Positions 52,724-61,814 of a stretch of DNA of 64,000 bases are shown here, piece by piece. The notes beneath the pieces are model-generated. The model had not been told where the DNA came from, did not search any database, and saw only the letters and a program-made list of their open reading frames with translations. Source of the stretch: Candidatus Ozemobacter sibiricus (GTDB lineage: Bacteria > Muiribacteriota > Ozemobacteria > Ozemobacterales > Ozemobacteraceae); assembly GCA_003327425.1 (NCBI GenBank), contig QOQW01000028.1:8703-72702 (forward strand), written 5' to 3'. Position numbers and translations under genes: made by a program. Position 1 is the stretch's first letter. Every line of letters starts with the position of its first letter.

Positions 52724-55375
52724 ATGTGCGGCGTCATCGGACTCACCTACGAACACGACAAGAGCGACCTCGGGCAGGTGGCCTCCCGCCTTCTGCGCAT
52801 GCTCGAATACCGCGGGTACGACTCGACCGGGGCGATCGTCCAGGACAGCCACGGCACCATCACCCTGCGCAAGGATGTCGGGTCGCCCACCGAGCTGACC
52901 GCGCGGCTGGGGATCGACCGGCTGACCGGCCGCACGTTCTGCGGGCAGGTGCGCTGGGCGACCTTCGGGGTGGTCAGCCAGGCCAACGCCCAGCCGCACG
53001 AGATGCGGTGCAAGACCCACCTCTATGGGGCCCACAACGGCAACATCACCAACTGCCTGCCGCTGAAGGAGTGGCTGATCGCCGAGGGGCACGACGTCAA
53101 GAGCGACAACGACGGCGAGATGCTCGTCCATACGGTCGAGCATTTCTTCGCCCTCGAGTTGCAATACCAGGAAGCGAACGACCCGGCGGTGCGCGAGAGG
53201 GCCCTGCGCCAGGCCGTGCTGAAGATGGCCCGCCGGGTGGTCGGCTCGTACGCCGCCATCGTGGTCGACCCGGTGACCGAGCTGGTCGTCGCCATCAAGG
53301 CGGGCAGCAGCCTCTACGTCGGGCAGGGCCACGATCCGGTGGGCGGGGCCTTCGTCGTGGCCAGTTCCGATCTGGCCTCGGTGCTGCAGATCACGCGCCT
53401 CCTGATTCCCATGCGCGAGAAGGAGTTCGCCGTCTTCACCCCGACCCGTTTCGCCAAGTACGATCTGAAGACGGGCAAGAAGCTGCGCCATGCCTGCCAG
53501 CGCAGCCTCCTCCGGGTCGAAGAGACGCGTCTGCAGCCGCCGTACAAGTTCTTCATGGAGCAGGAGATCCATCATCAGGTGCAGACGGCGCGTCGCCTGA
53601 TCTCGTTGTTCACCGGCGGGCGTCCCCTCACCCGCCTTCTCCGTCGGCATGAGCACGAGCAGGGAACGCTCTACGCCCGGCTCAAGGACGACATCCGCCA
53701 GCTGGCCGAGATCACGGTGCCGGTCGACCTGGCCGAGCGGGTGGCCGTCTTCCTGCGGTCGCCGGCCATCGCACAGCTGCGCCGGCTGGTGGCGGCCACG
53801 GCCGAAGAACGGGCTGGCGAAACCGGACCGGCCGAGGGGACGGGGGCGGCCACCGATCTCGGCACGGGTGAGGGCGAAGCCCGTCTCGAATCGAGCTATG
53901 CCAGCTTCCTCGAGGAGATGCGCGACCTCGCCGCCCCGTCCGACCCCTCCCTCGTCCTGCTGCTGCCATACCTCGATGCTATCTTCGAGCTCGAGGACGT
54001 CCACGAGATCGAACATCGGGTCAAACGCTTCGTCGACCTCGTCGTCAAAGCGCATCAGAACGGCAACGCCATCTACATTCTGGCCTGCGGCACCTCGTAC
54101 CATGCCGGCAAGACCGCCCCGCTCTTCTTCAACGAGATCGCGGGTCTCGCCCTGATTCCCCTGCTGCCCGGCGAGTTCCGCGCCCAGTGCACCAACGCCC
54201 TGCGCGATGGCGATGTCGTCATCGGCATCAGCCAGAGCGGCGAGACGAAGGATCTGATCGACGTCTTCAATTTCATCATCGCCTCGCGGCGGAAGGTCGC
54301 GCGCATCTGCCTCCTCAACAACACCAACTCGACCCTCGCCCTCGAGAAGTCCGACTTGTTCGTTCCCCTCTTCTGCGGTCCCGAGATCGCCGTGCCGGCG
54401 ACCAAGAGCTTCATGAACCAGCTCCTGCTGCTCTACATCCTGGCCCTGCGGGTGGCCGAACGGCTGGCGCGCCGCGGCCGGTCCAGCGGTCGGGCCGGCG
54501 CACAACCGCCGGTGCTCGATCAGTTGCCGCGCCACGAACGCAACTTGTACAAAATCCCCGACCTGATCGCCCGCACCCTGGACACCACCCGCAAGGAAAC
54601 CGACGAGCTGGCGTCCTTCCTGCATCTGCAGCCCAGCCTGCACATCCTGGCCACCCGCCTTCTCGGCATTGCCAAGGAAGGCGCGCTGAAGATCCGCGAG
54701 ACCGTGCTCAACCACACCGAGGGCTTCGAGGCCTCCGAGTTCAAGCACGGTCCCAACACCATTCTGGGCATCAACACCATCTTCGGTCTCGAGAACCTGC
54801 GATCGGTGCTGGCCACGTTCGGGGCCGCCATGCAGATGGCCGTCGACAGCCTCGAGGGGCGTCGGCTCGACGCGCGCGGCCTCCATCGGCTGTTCCAGGC
54901 GGTCGCCGACTACGCGTTCCGCGATCAGCCGCCACGCTTCCTCGAGGCGCACGAGCAGGCGCTGTTCGAGCGCATCTTCCGCGAGCACAATTTCTTCCGC
55001 AGCATGTATGCCAACTATCCGCTGCTCTTCCTCACCGGCCCCGACGAAACCGACATCCACCTCACCATTTCGCAGGTGAACACCCACAAGATCCGCGGGG
55101 CCCATGTCTTCATCATCGCCGAAGACCATGACCTGCTGCGGGCGGCGGCCGCCGCCGCGCCCGCCAATGGGTTCCCCTACCACCACGGCTATGTCACCTT
55201 GCCGCGCACCGACGAACGGCTCCTGCCCGTCTTCTCGATCACCGTCGTGCTGCAGGTACTGGCCCTGAAAATGAGCCAGCGCAAGATGGAGGTCCTCGAC
55301 CGGCTCGAGATCGCCGAGCACGGCGTCCATCCCGACGTGCCCAAGAACGTCAGCAAATCGATCACCGTCGACTGA
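52724..55375 (+). CDS. Long-form (883 aa) glutamine--fructose-6-phosphate aminotransferase-like protein (class-II GATase N-terminus plus two SIS domains, with large insertions)
   Basis: RBS AGGAAAGGA before ATG 52724. MCGVIGL Ntn-Cys. HFMxxEI-like hinge (YKFFMEQEIHHQ). SIS signatures (ILACGTSYHAG, GISQSGETKD). GlmS-type C-terminus (..NVSKSITVD). About 270 extra residues relative to canonical GlmS. Confidence 0.8.
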   Translation: MCGVIGLTYEHDKSDLGQVASRLLRMLEYRGYDSTGAIVQDSHGTITLRKDVGSPTELTARLGIDRLTGRTFCGQVRWATFGVVSQANAQPHEMRCKTHLYGAHNGNITNCLPLKEWLIAEGHDVKSDNDGEMLVHTVEHFFALELQYQEANDPAVRERALRQAVLKMARRVVGSYAAIVVDPVTELVVAIKAGSSLYVGQGHDPVGGAFVVASSDLASVLQITRLLIPMREKEFAVFTPTRFAKYDLKTGKKLRHACQRSLLRVEETRLQPPYKFFMEQEIHHQVQTARRLISLFTGGRPLTRLLRRHEHEQGTLYARLKDDIRQLAEITVPVDLAERVAVFLRSPAIAQLRRLVAATAEERAGETGPAEGTGAATDLGTGEGEARLESSYASFLEEMRDLAAPSDPSLVLLLPYLDAIFELEDVHEIEHRVKRFVDLVVKAHQNGNAIYILACGTSYHAGKTAPLFFNEIAGLALIPLLPGEFRAQCTNALRDGDVVIGISQSGETKDLIDVFNFIIASRRKVARICLLNNTNSTLALEKSDLFVPLFCGPEIAVPATKSFMNQLLLLYILALRVAERLARRGRSSGRAGAQPPVLDQLPRHERNLYKIPDLIARTLDTTRKETDELASFLHLQPSLHILATRLLGIAKEGALKIRETVLNHTEGFEASEFKHGPNTILGINTIFGLENLRSVLATFGAAMQMAVDSLEGRRLDARGLHRLFQAVADYAFRDQPPRFLEAHEQALFERIFREHNFFRSMYANYPLLFLTGPDETDIHLTISQVNTHKIRGAHVFIIAEDHDLLRAAAAAAPANGFPYHHGYVTLPRTDERLLPVFSITVVLQVLALKMSQRKMEVLDRLEIAEHGVHPDVPKNVSKSITVD

Positions 55376-55474
55376 CGCGGCGGAGGAAGGGCCGCGGCGG
55401 CTGGCCGAACTGGCGCCGCGACAGGGGATAGCGAGGCGCGAGCCGACCCCGCCGAGTGGGGCGGGCGGGGGGAG

Positions 55475-56374
55475 TCAGCGCGGCCGGTGGGGGTGGGCGG
55501 CCTCCCATTCGGCCGCGAAGGGGATGGCCGGCACGTCGTTGACCACGATGCCGACGCCGCGCGCGTGCAGCGCCTGGGCCTCGAGATCGAGGGGAAGCGT
55601 CTGGTCGAACGGCAGCAGCTGCACGGCCAGGAAGGCCTTGGCCAGCGGGATGACCTCGCCCTGGCTCATCTCGACGTAGCGGATGGCATGCAGGGCGCCC
55701 AGGCCGAGCGACTCGAGGAAATGCTTGACCATGGCCAGGTGGCAGCCGGCGGTCGCTTCGAGGCGTTCGACCTGGCGCAGGACCCGGTAGCTCAGCTCGG
55801 CGGCCCCGGCGAAATCGGCGGCGCGCACGCTGGCCCAGAAGTCGCGACGGTAGGCCTTGAGGTCGGCGGCCAGTTGGCGGGCCGCCGCCGGGTCCAGGCG
55901 GTTCCGCCAGCGCGGCGGGGTGGTGGGGTCGGGCAGGCCGGCGACTGGCATCAGATCGCCGGCCACGATGGGGATGCCTCGGCGCTGGAAGCGGTGGGCC
56001 CGGCGGTCGACCAGCCAGGCGAGCGGCAGAAAGAGCCGCTGGAAGAGGGTCAGCCGGCGGATGATCGGGCGGGACGCGCCCGCGGACAACCGTTCATAGA
56101 TGGGGGCGCGGGCGGCATTGCTGCGAATGCCGGCCAGGACATGGTCGTAGAAGGCGTGGCAGGGCCGGTGCGGGCGCGGGTCGGCCGGGGCCGGCGCGCC
56201 AGCCAGGGCATGCACTTCGTCGAACCGGGCCTGGGTGAGCAGCGCCGTCGCCGCCGCTGACAACTCGGGATCGGCCACGATCACGGGCTCGGCCGCGGCC
56301 AGGGTGGCGAGGAAGAAGAACGCCAGCCCCGACCACACGCCTCGCCAGGACCGGCTGTCAGGTTGTCGTCTCAT
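55475..56374 (-). CDS. Secreted hypothetical protein (299 aa)
   Basis: Signal peptide at Met 56374 (MRRQPDSRSWRGVWSGLAFFFLATLAAA). No family recognised. Confidence 0.55.
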   Translation of the reverse strand: MRRQPDSRSWRGVWSGLAFFFLATLAAAEPVIVADPELSAAATALLTQARFDEVHALAGAPAPADPRPHRPCHAFYDHVLAGIRSNAARAPIYERLSAGASRPIIRRLTLFQRLFLPLAWLVDRRAHRFQRRGIPIVAGDLMPVAGLPDPTTPPRWRNRLDPAAARQLAADLKAYRRDFWASVRAADFAGAAELSYRVLRQVERLEATAGCHLAMVKHFLESLGLGALHAIRYVEMSQGEVIPLAKAFLAVQLLPFDQTLPLDLEAQALHARGVGIVVNDVPAIPFAAEWEAAHPHRPR

Positions 56375-56530
56375 GTCACGACCTCTCTTTCGTTGCCTCT
56401 CTCCGTCTCTTCGCCTGGCTGCTCCCGACCGGGGGCGGGGTCCCACCCGGTCGGGCCCCGCTGGCGCGATCCACGGAGCCCACGGAGCCGGGCGCCGGCC
56501 GCGTCTAACGGTACCAGAGGGCGGGCCGGT

Positions 56531-57970
56531 TCATTTGGGCTTGTACTGCTCGAAGGCCTTCTTGTCGAAGGCCCGCCGGTAGGCCTCTTCGGGCGCGATA
56601 CGCCGCGATTTGACCAGATCCATCAGGGACTGGTCCATGGTCTGCATGCCGATCTGCTTGCTGGTCTGCATGATCGAGGGGAGCTGGAAGGTCTTGTTCT
56701 CGCGGATCAGGTTGGCCACGGCGGGGGTGTTGATCAGGATCTCGAGGGCGACCACCCGGCTCATGCCGTCCATCGTCGGGATCAGCTGCTGGGCCAGGAT
56801 GCCCTGCAGGGCGTCGGCGAGCTGGGTGCGGATCTGATCCTGCTGGTGGGCCGGGAAGACGTCGACGATACGGTCGACCGACTGGGCGGCCGACGGGGTA
56901 TGCAGGGTGGCGAACACGAGGTGGCCGGTCTCGGCGGCGGTGACGGCCAGCGAGATGGTCTCGTAGTCGCGCATTTCGCCGACCAGGATGATGTCGGGGT
57001 CTTCGCGCAGGGCGGAGCGCAGCGCGGCGGCGAACGACTTGGTGTTCGGCCCGATCTCGCGCTGGTTGACGATGCAGGATTTGTGCTGATGGACGAACTC
57101 GATGGGATCTTCGATGGTCAGGATGTGGTCCTGGCGCTCGTTGTTGATCTGATCGATCATGGCGGCCAGGGTGGTCGATTTGCCCGAGCCGGTGGGACCG
57201 GTGACCAGCACCAGGCCTTTGGTGCGCCGGGCCAGCTCGCTCAAGACGGGCGGCATCTTGAGTTCGGCCAGGGTCTTGATGCGGGTGGGAATGACGCGGA
57301 AGACGGCTCCGATGCCGAGGCGATTGTTGAAGACGTTGCAGCGGAACCGGGACAGATCGGGAATCTCGTACGAGATGTCCAGCTCGAGATCGCGTTCGAA
57401 GCGCTCGCGCTGGTCATTGGTGAGGAACTGGAAGATCAGTCGCTTGGTGTCTTTGGGCTGCAGCGGCGGCAGGTCGGTCGGCCACAGGCGGCCCTGCAGG
57501 CGCATCATGGGCGGCGTGCCGACGGTCAGGTGCAGGTCGGAACCGCCTTTCTCGACGACCAGCGCCAGCAGGTCGTTGATGTTGAAGGCATCTTCGTCGC
57601 TCTTGCCAGGCCCGGGCGTGGGACGGCCACCCATGGTCGGGGCGGCCGGCCTGGGCGCGGCGGGCAGGCCGGTGCCGGGCGCGGTGGGCGCGGCCCCGGG
57701 AGGACGGGGCGCCTGGGGCCCAGCCGGGATCCCGGTCGGACTGCCGGGGGGACGCGGGGGCTGCGGCTGTCCGGTCGGGGCGCCGGGTTGGGGGGGGCGC
57801 GGGGCCCCTGGCAGCGGGGAAGGAGCGCCGGGCGCTCCGGGGGGGCGGGGGGCGCCGGGGGCGGTCGGGGCCTGACCGGGGGGGCGCGGCGGCGTGGGGG
57901 CGGCCGGCTTGCCTTCTTCCGGGGGCGCGTTGCCGAAGAGTTTGCCGAAGAATCCGTCGTTGTCGCTCAT
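56531..57970 (-). CDS. pilT: Type IV pilus retraction ATPase PilT/PilU with a ~135-aa Pro/Gly/Ala-rich N-terminal extension
   Basis: Intact Walker A (GPTGSGKST), Asp box (IEDPIEF), Walker B (DPDIILVGEMRD) and His box (GHLVFATLHT). C-terminal AIRNLIRE-like motif (AVANLIRENK). Start 11 nt after the stop of the upstream pilB-like gene. Confidence 0.85.
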   Translation of the reverse strand: MSDNDGFFGKLFGNAPPEEGKPAAPTPPRPPGQAPTAPGAPRPPGAPGAPSPLPGAPRPPQPGAPTGQPQPPRPPGSPTGIPAGPQAPRPPGAAPTAPGTGLPAAPRPAAPTMGGRPTPGPGKSDEDAFNINDLLALVVEKGGSDLHLTVGTPPMMRLQGRLWPTDLPPLQPKDTKRLIFQFLTNDQRERFERDLELDISYEIPDLSRFRCNVFNNRLGIGAVFRVIPTRIKTLAELKMPPVLSELARRTKGLVLVTGPTGSGKSTTLAAMIDQINNERQDHILTIEDPIEFVHQHKSCIVNQREIGPNTKSFAAALRSALREDPDIILVGEMRDYETISLAVTAAETGHLVFATLHTPSAAQSVDRIVDVFPAHQQDQIRTQLADALQGILAQQLIPTMDGMSRVVALEILINTPAVANLIRENKTFQLPSIMQTSKQIGMQTMDQSLMDLVKSRRIAPEEAYRRAFDKKAFEQYKPK

Positions 57971-57981
57971 CGCTCACCCCA

Positions 57982-59640
57982 TCAAAACAGGCGGAGGAAT
58001 TCGTCGAGGCTGGTTTCTCCGGCGGCGACCAGCTCCAGGCAACGGTCTTCGAGGGTGGGAATGCCCTGCTTGCGGGCGAACTGGAAGAAATCCTGGTAGC
58101 TTTGCCGGTTGATCATCATCTGGCGCAGAGCGGGCGAGGTGGGCAGGAACTCGGCGATCAGCGTCCGGCCGCTGTAGCCGGTCTTCTGACAGCTGTCGCA
58201 GCCAACCGCCGCCATCGGCTTGACCTCGGCGGCCAGCCCGGTCAGTCGCTCTTGGATCTCGTCGGGCAGCGTGGCCGGTCGTTTGCAGGCCGGACAGAGG
58301 GTGCGGACCAGGCGTTGCGACTGGAAGCCGCACAGCGACGAGGCCACGATGACGGGGTCGGGCGACATCTCGAGGAGGCGCACCACGCTGCTGGGGGCGT
58401 CGTAGGCCATGAACGAGGTCAGGATCGTCTTGCCGCCCAGGGCGGCGAACGCGATCTCGCGGGCGACGTCGGAGTCGGCCAGGTGATCGAGATAGATCAC
58501 ATCGGGGTCGAGCAGCAGGGCGAGGTCGATCCCTTCCTGGTGGCTGCCGATGCCGGCCTGCCCCACCTGGATCTGGGTCAGGCGGGGCAAGGTGCACTGG
58601 ACAGGGTTTTCGACGGTGACGATCTTGCGGGCTTCGGTGTCGAAGCCGTTGAGCAGGAAGTACTGCGTGGTGGTTCGCCCGGATTCACGCGGGCCGGTGA
58701 CGTAGAGCACCCCGTGGTTGGTGCGCAGGAAGGCGGCCAGCTCCTCCAGGCGGGTCTTGCAGGCTTTGCCGATCTTCTCGTCGAGGTTGGTGAAATCGCT
58801 CAGCTTGAGGATCACCATCTCGCCATGGATGGTCGGGTAGAAGATGGCCTGGATGTTGATCATCCGGCCCGAGACGTTGACCCGGAAATGCCCGACGCTC
58901 ATGCCATGGGGCAGACCCTGGCTGGGCGGGAGGGCGGAGAAGGTCTTGAGCTTCCCGATGATCTCCTGATGGATCTTGAGAGGGACCTCGACCTTGCGGG
59001 CCAGGGTCGAGCTGCTGCGGAAGCGGACCAGCACGCCCTTTTCCGACGGCTCGAAATGGATGCGGTCGACCTTGCCGATGATGGCCTGCCCGAGGATGTA
59101 GTTGATGACCTTCTCGGGCGCCTCCATGCCCTTGGGGATGCCACGCTCTTCGATCAGCTGCTTGTCGGGCTGGCCGATCTCGCCCCCGACCTTGTCGGTG
59201 CTTTCGAGCGGGCCGTAGATGGCTTTGTAGGTCTGTTCGAAATCGAACTTCGTGCAGATCGAGACCGAGATCTGCATCCCGGTCTTGCTGGCCAGATAAT
59301 CGATGGGATCGGATTCGAGCGGATCGACCATGCAGACGCTGAGCTGGTTGCCCGTCTGGTACAGGGGGATGATGCGATGCTCGCGGGCGAACTCCGGCGT
59401 CAGGATCTTGATCACATCGCGACTGACGATGTCGGGGTTCAGGTGGATGAACGAGATGTTCAACTGGTTGCCGAGGGCCCAGATGATGTCGTCCTCGGTC
59501 ACCAGGCCGAGTTCGATCAGGGCGGCCCCCAGTTTGAGCCCGTGCTCTTTCTGGTAGCCCAGGGCCTGCTTCAGCTGGTCCTGGTTGATCAGGTTGCAGT
59601 CGATGAGGATATCGCCGAGGCGTTTCTTCTGGGTACTCAT
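57982..59640 (-). CDS. GspE/PilB/MshE-family protein with an N-terminal MshEN-type domain and C-terminal Cys4 zinc site but degenerate ATPase motifs (predicted pseudo-ATPase / c-di-GMP receptor)
   Basis: Two tandem 24-residue MshEN-like motifs (RLGDILIDCNLINQDQLKQALGYQ, KLGAALIELGLVTEDDIIWALGNQ). Walker A is GPRESGRTTT (Lys to Arg). The Asp box is IVTVENPVQ. Walker B GEIRD is replaced by DHLAD. The His box is lost (ILTSFMAYDA). Cys4 site CPACKRP...CDSCQKTG is retained. Confidence 0.8.
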   Translation of the reverse strand: MSTQKKRLGDILIDCNLINQDQLKQALGYQKEHGLKLGAALIELGLVTEDDIIWALGNQLNISFIHLNPDIVSRDVIKILTPEFAREHRIIPLYQTGNQLSVCMVDPLESDPIDYLASKTGMQISVSICTKFDFEQTYKAIYGPLESTDKVGGEIGQPDKQLIEERGIPKGMEAPEKVINYILGQAIIGKVDRIHFEPSEKGVLVRFRSSSTLARKVEVPLKIHQEIIGKLKTFSALPPSQGLPHGMSVGHFRVNVSGRMINIQAIFYPTIHGEMVILKLSDFTNLDEKIGKACKTRLEELAAFLRTNHGVLYVTGPRESGRTTTQYFLLNGFDTEARKIVTVENPVQCTLPRLTQIQVGQAGIGSHQEGIDLALLLDPDVIYLDHLADSDVAREIAFAALGGKTILTSFMAYDAPSSVVRLLEMSPDPVIVASSLCGFQSQRLVRTLCPACKRPATLPDEIQERLTGLAAEVKPMAAVGCDSCQKTGYSGRTLIAEFLPTSPALRQMMINRQSYQDFFQFARKQGIPTLEDRCLELVAAGETSLDEFLRLF

Positions 59641-59734
59641 GGCGAGAGTACATCTTACCCGAACCCCCGGCCGGGGGCAACTGTCGCCTCCTTCCTCGCC
59701 GCATGCCGTCGAACGAAGGGCCGAAAAGGGCCGA

Positions 59735-59770
59735 AAAGGAAAACCCGGCGGCCCTGGGGGGCCGCCGGGT
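59735..59770 (-). terminator. Rho-independent terminator after the HU gene
   Basis: Minus strand reads CCCGGCGGCCC-ccca-GGGCCGCCGGG followed by TTTTCCTTTTCGG. 11-bp stem, about 20 nt after the stop. Confidence 0.65.
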
Positions 59771-59787
59771 GAACGGCAGGAACCGGC

Positions 59788-60090
59788 TTAGCGGTTCTTC
59801 TTGTTGTTGGTGTTGTTGGTGTTGATGATTTCCTTCAGCTCTTTGCCAGGCACGAACTTGGCGACCTGGGTGGCGGGAATGGTCATCGGGCGCTTGGTCT
59901 GGGGGTTGACGCCCGTGCGGCTCTGGCGGGTGGTCACCTTGAAGGAACCGAATCCGACCAACCGGACTTCCTCGCGCTTCTTCAGCGTGTTCTTGATGAT
60001 GTTGATGGTGGCTTCGAGAGCCTGGGTGGCCTGGGTCTGGGTCAGGTTGGCGGTCCGGGCGATTTCCCTCACGAGCTCGATCTTTTTCAC
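59788..60090 (-). CDS. HU-family nucleoid-associated DNA-binding protein with an Asn/Thr/Lys-rich C-terminal tail
   Basis: GTG start with AGGAGG RBS. VKKIELVREIARTANLTQTQATQALEATINIIKNTLKK...VRLVGFGSFKVTTRQSRTGVNPQT...IPATQVAKFVPGKELKE is the canonical HU/IHF fold. Tail NTNNTNNKKNR. Confidence 0.8.
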   Translation of the reverse strand: MKKIELVREIARTANLTQTQATQALEATINIIKNTLKKREEVRLVGFGSFKVTTRQSRTGVNPQTKRPMTIPATQVAKFVPGKELKEIINTNNTNNKKNR

Positions 60091-60201
60091 TGGGTGGTAT
60101 CCTCCTGTTGAAAATTGAGATTTGGAGAACGATAGAACGATATTACCCATCCAAAATCCGCCCGTCAAGGGGGTACAGAAAAATTTTTCTTCCTGCCGCC
60201 C

Positions 60202-61515
60202 TTACCGGAGCCGATTTCGAAGATCCGACAGCCGGGCCGACAGATGGCGATGGTTGTCGCGCAGCACCAGGAGCCGGTTTTGCAGCTCCCCGATCCGCCA
60301 GGTGATCTGTTCCAGGGTCATGCCGTCGCCTGGGGCGCCCCGCACGGTGGAGCGCGGCCGGCTGAGATCCTCGGCCTTCTTGACCAGGGCCCGCCGCTCG
60401 GCGTCGACCGCGGCGAACTCGTTCTGCACCAGGACCAGACGTTCCTCGGTGCGGCGCAGCTCCTCGCGCAGCCTGCGCTCGTCCGGCACGCCGGTGGGGG
60501 CGGGGGAGGCCTGGCCGGTCAGGCGGCCGTGGCCCTGGCGGGTGACTTCCTGCCAGCCGGGCGGGTCCTCGCGGTCGAACGGCAGACCCGGATAGGGCGA
60601 TCGCCACGCCGGATCGGGCAGGGCGGGCGCCGGTCGGCCCGGGGCGCGGGACAGGCGTTCGCGGTCGCGCATCCGCTGCTGGCGAAGCTGCTCGAAAAAA
60701 TTCAGGCGGGTGCGGACGTCGGGGCTCTCATCGATGGTGTCGAGCCGTTCGCCGGCGGTGGGGCCGGTCCCAGGCCCGGCTCCTGGCGTCAGCGGCACCG
60801 GCGTGCCGTCCGGTCCGAGCGTGCGCAACTGGTCGGGCAGGGTCGGCCGGATCGGCGGCAGGCCGGTGCGTTCGGGGCCGATCTGGGCGGGGCCGGTGGG
60901 GGCCTGGGCGTTCCAGGCCTTCTGGAGCTCATCTTCGAGCGCCCCGGCATCGAATTTCTGGATCTGGTCGCCGGTGAAGCCGCGGTCGCGAATGCTCGTC
61001 CGCATGCCGCGCTGCAAGACGATCTGGCGGCGCCGCTGGTCATCGCGCGCCCGCACCCCGACGATGCCCTCGAAGACCCGCACCTGGGTGCGGCCGTACT
61101 TGTCGACGGCGACATCGAACGTAGTGCCGAGCACGGTGCAGATGGTGGTCGGCGTGACGACCTGGAAGGGTTTCCCCTGCTGGCGCAGACTGAACCAGGC
61201 CTCGCCGACCTGGATGAGAGCCCCGTCGGGCAGCACGGTCAGTTGCGTATCGGGATGCAACCGGATCCGGCTGCCGTCGGGAAAGCGCAGTTCCCCGCGG
61301 CTCTCGCCCTCGGTGCGCAGCAGGTCGCGCACCTTGACGGCGGCCGGTTCGGGGCCCAGCGTCAGCCAGGTCGAGCCGCCGGTGCGCGACAGGGCGGCCC
61401 GCCCGCGCTGCACCTGGAAGGACAGGGCTTCGGGGGCCTGGGCCCCGCCCGGGCCGGCGGTCAAGACGATCGTGAGAGCGATCACGAGCAGGAACGAAGC
61501 GGTGCGAACGTGCAT
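60202..61515 (-). CDS. Secreted FecR-domain protein with C-terminal coiled coil
   Basis: Signal peptide. FecR domain (FPDGSRIRLHPDTQLTVL...AWFSLRQQGKPFQVVTPTTICTVLGTTFDVAVDKYGRTQVRVFEGIVGV). Charged coiled-coil C-terminus. Confidence 0.7.
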   Translation of the reverse strand: MHVRTASFLLVIALTIVLTAGPGGAQAPEALSFQVQRGRAALSRTGGSTWLTLGPEPAAVKVRDLLRTEGESRGELRFPDGSRIRLHPDTQLTVLPDGALIQVGEAWFSLRQQGKPFQVVTPTTICTVLGTTFDVAVDKYGRTQVRVFEGIVGVRARDDQRRRQIVLQRGMRTSIRDRGFTGDQIQKFDAGALEDELQKAWNAQAPTGPAQIGPERTGLPPIRPTLPDQLRTLGPDGTPVPLTPGAGPGTGPTAGERLDTIDESPDVRTRLNFFEQLRQQRMRDRERLSRAPGRPAPALPDPAWRSPYPGLPFDREDPPGWQEVTRQGHGRLTGQASPAPTGVPDERRLREELRRTEERLVLVQNEFAAVDAERRALVKKAEDLSRPRSTVRGAPGDGMTLEQITWRIGELQNRLLVLRDNHRHLSARLSDLRNRLR

Positions 61516-61814
61516 GGCAGTCTCCCGGTTGAGCAGTGCGCCGCCATTCTATCACGACTCCATCGCGCGCTTGGACGCCGGCCACGCCGGCCAGGGATCG
61601 GGTCGAGGGCGGCGCGGTCGGCAGGCGGCCAGCCGGGGCCCAGGGGCCGGTGGCCCCTGGGCGTAGCCGTCGGGCCAGAGCGCTCCCTTCCCTTCATCGT
61701 CTCGTCTGATGGTGGGCATGGCTCCGGAGATTTCCTGGACAATGGCCAGGAGAAACGGTATCTTTTGGGGAAGAAGCATCGATTGCATCCTCATCCGGAG
61801 GGAGGTGAAGCCGA

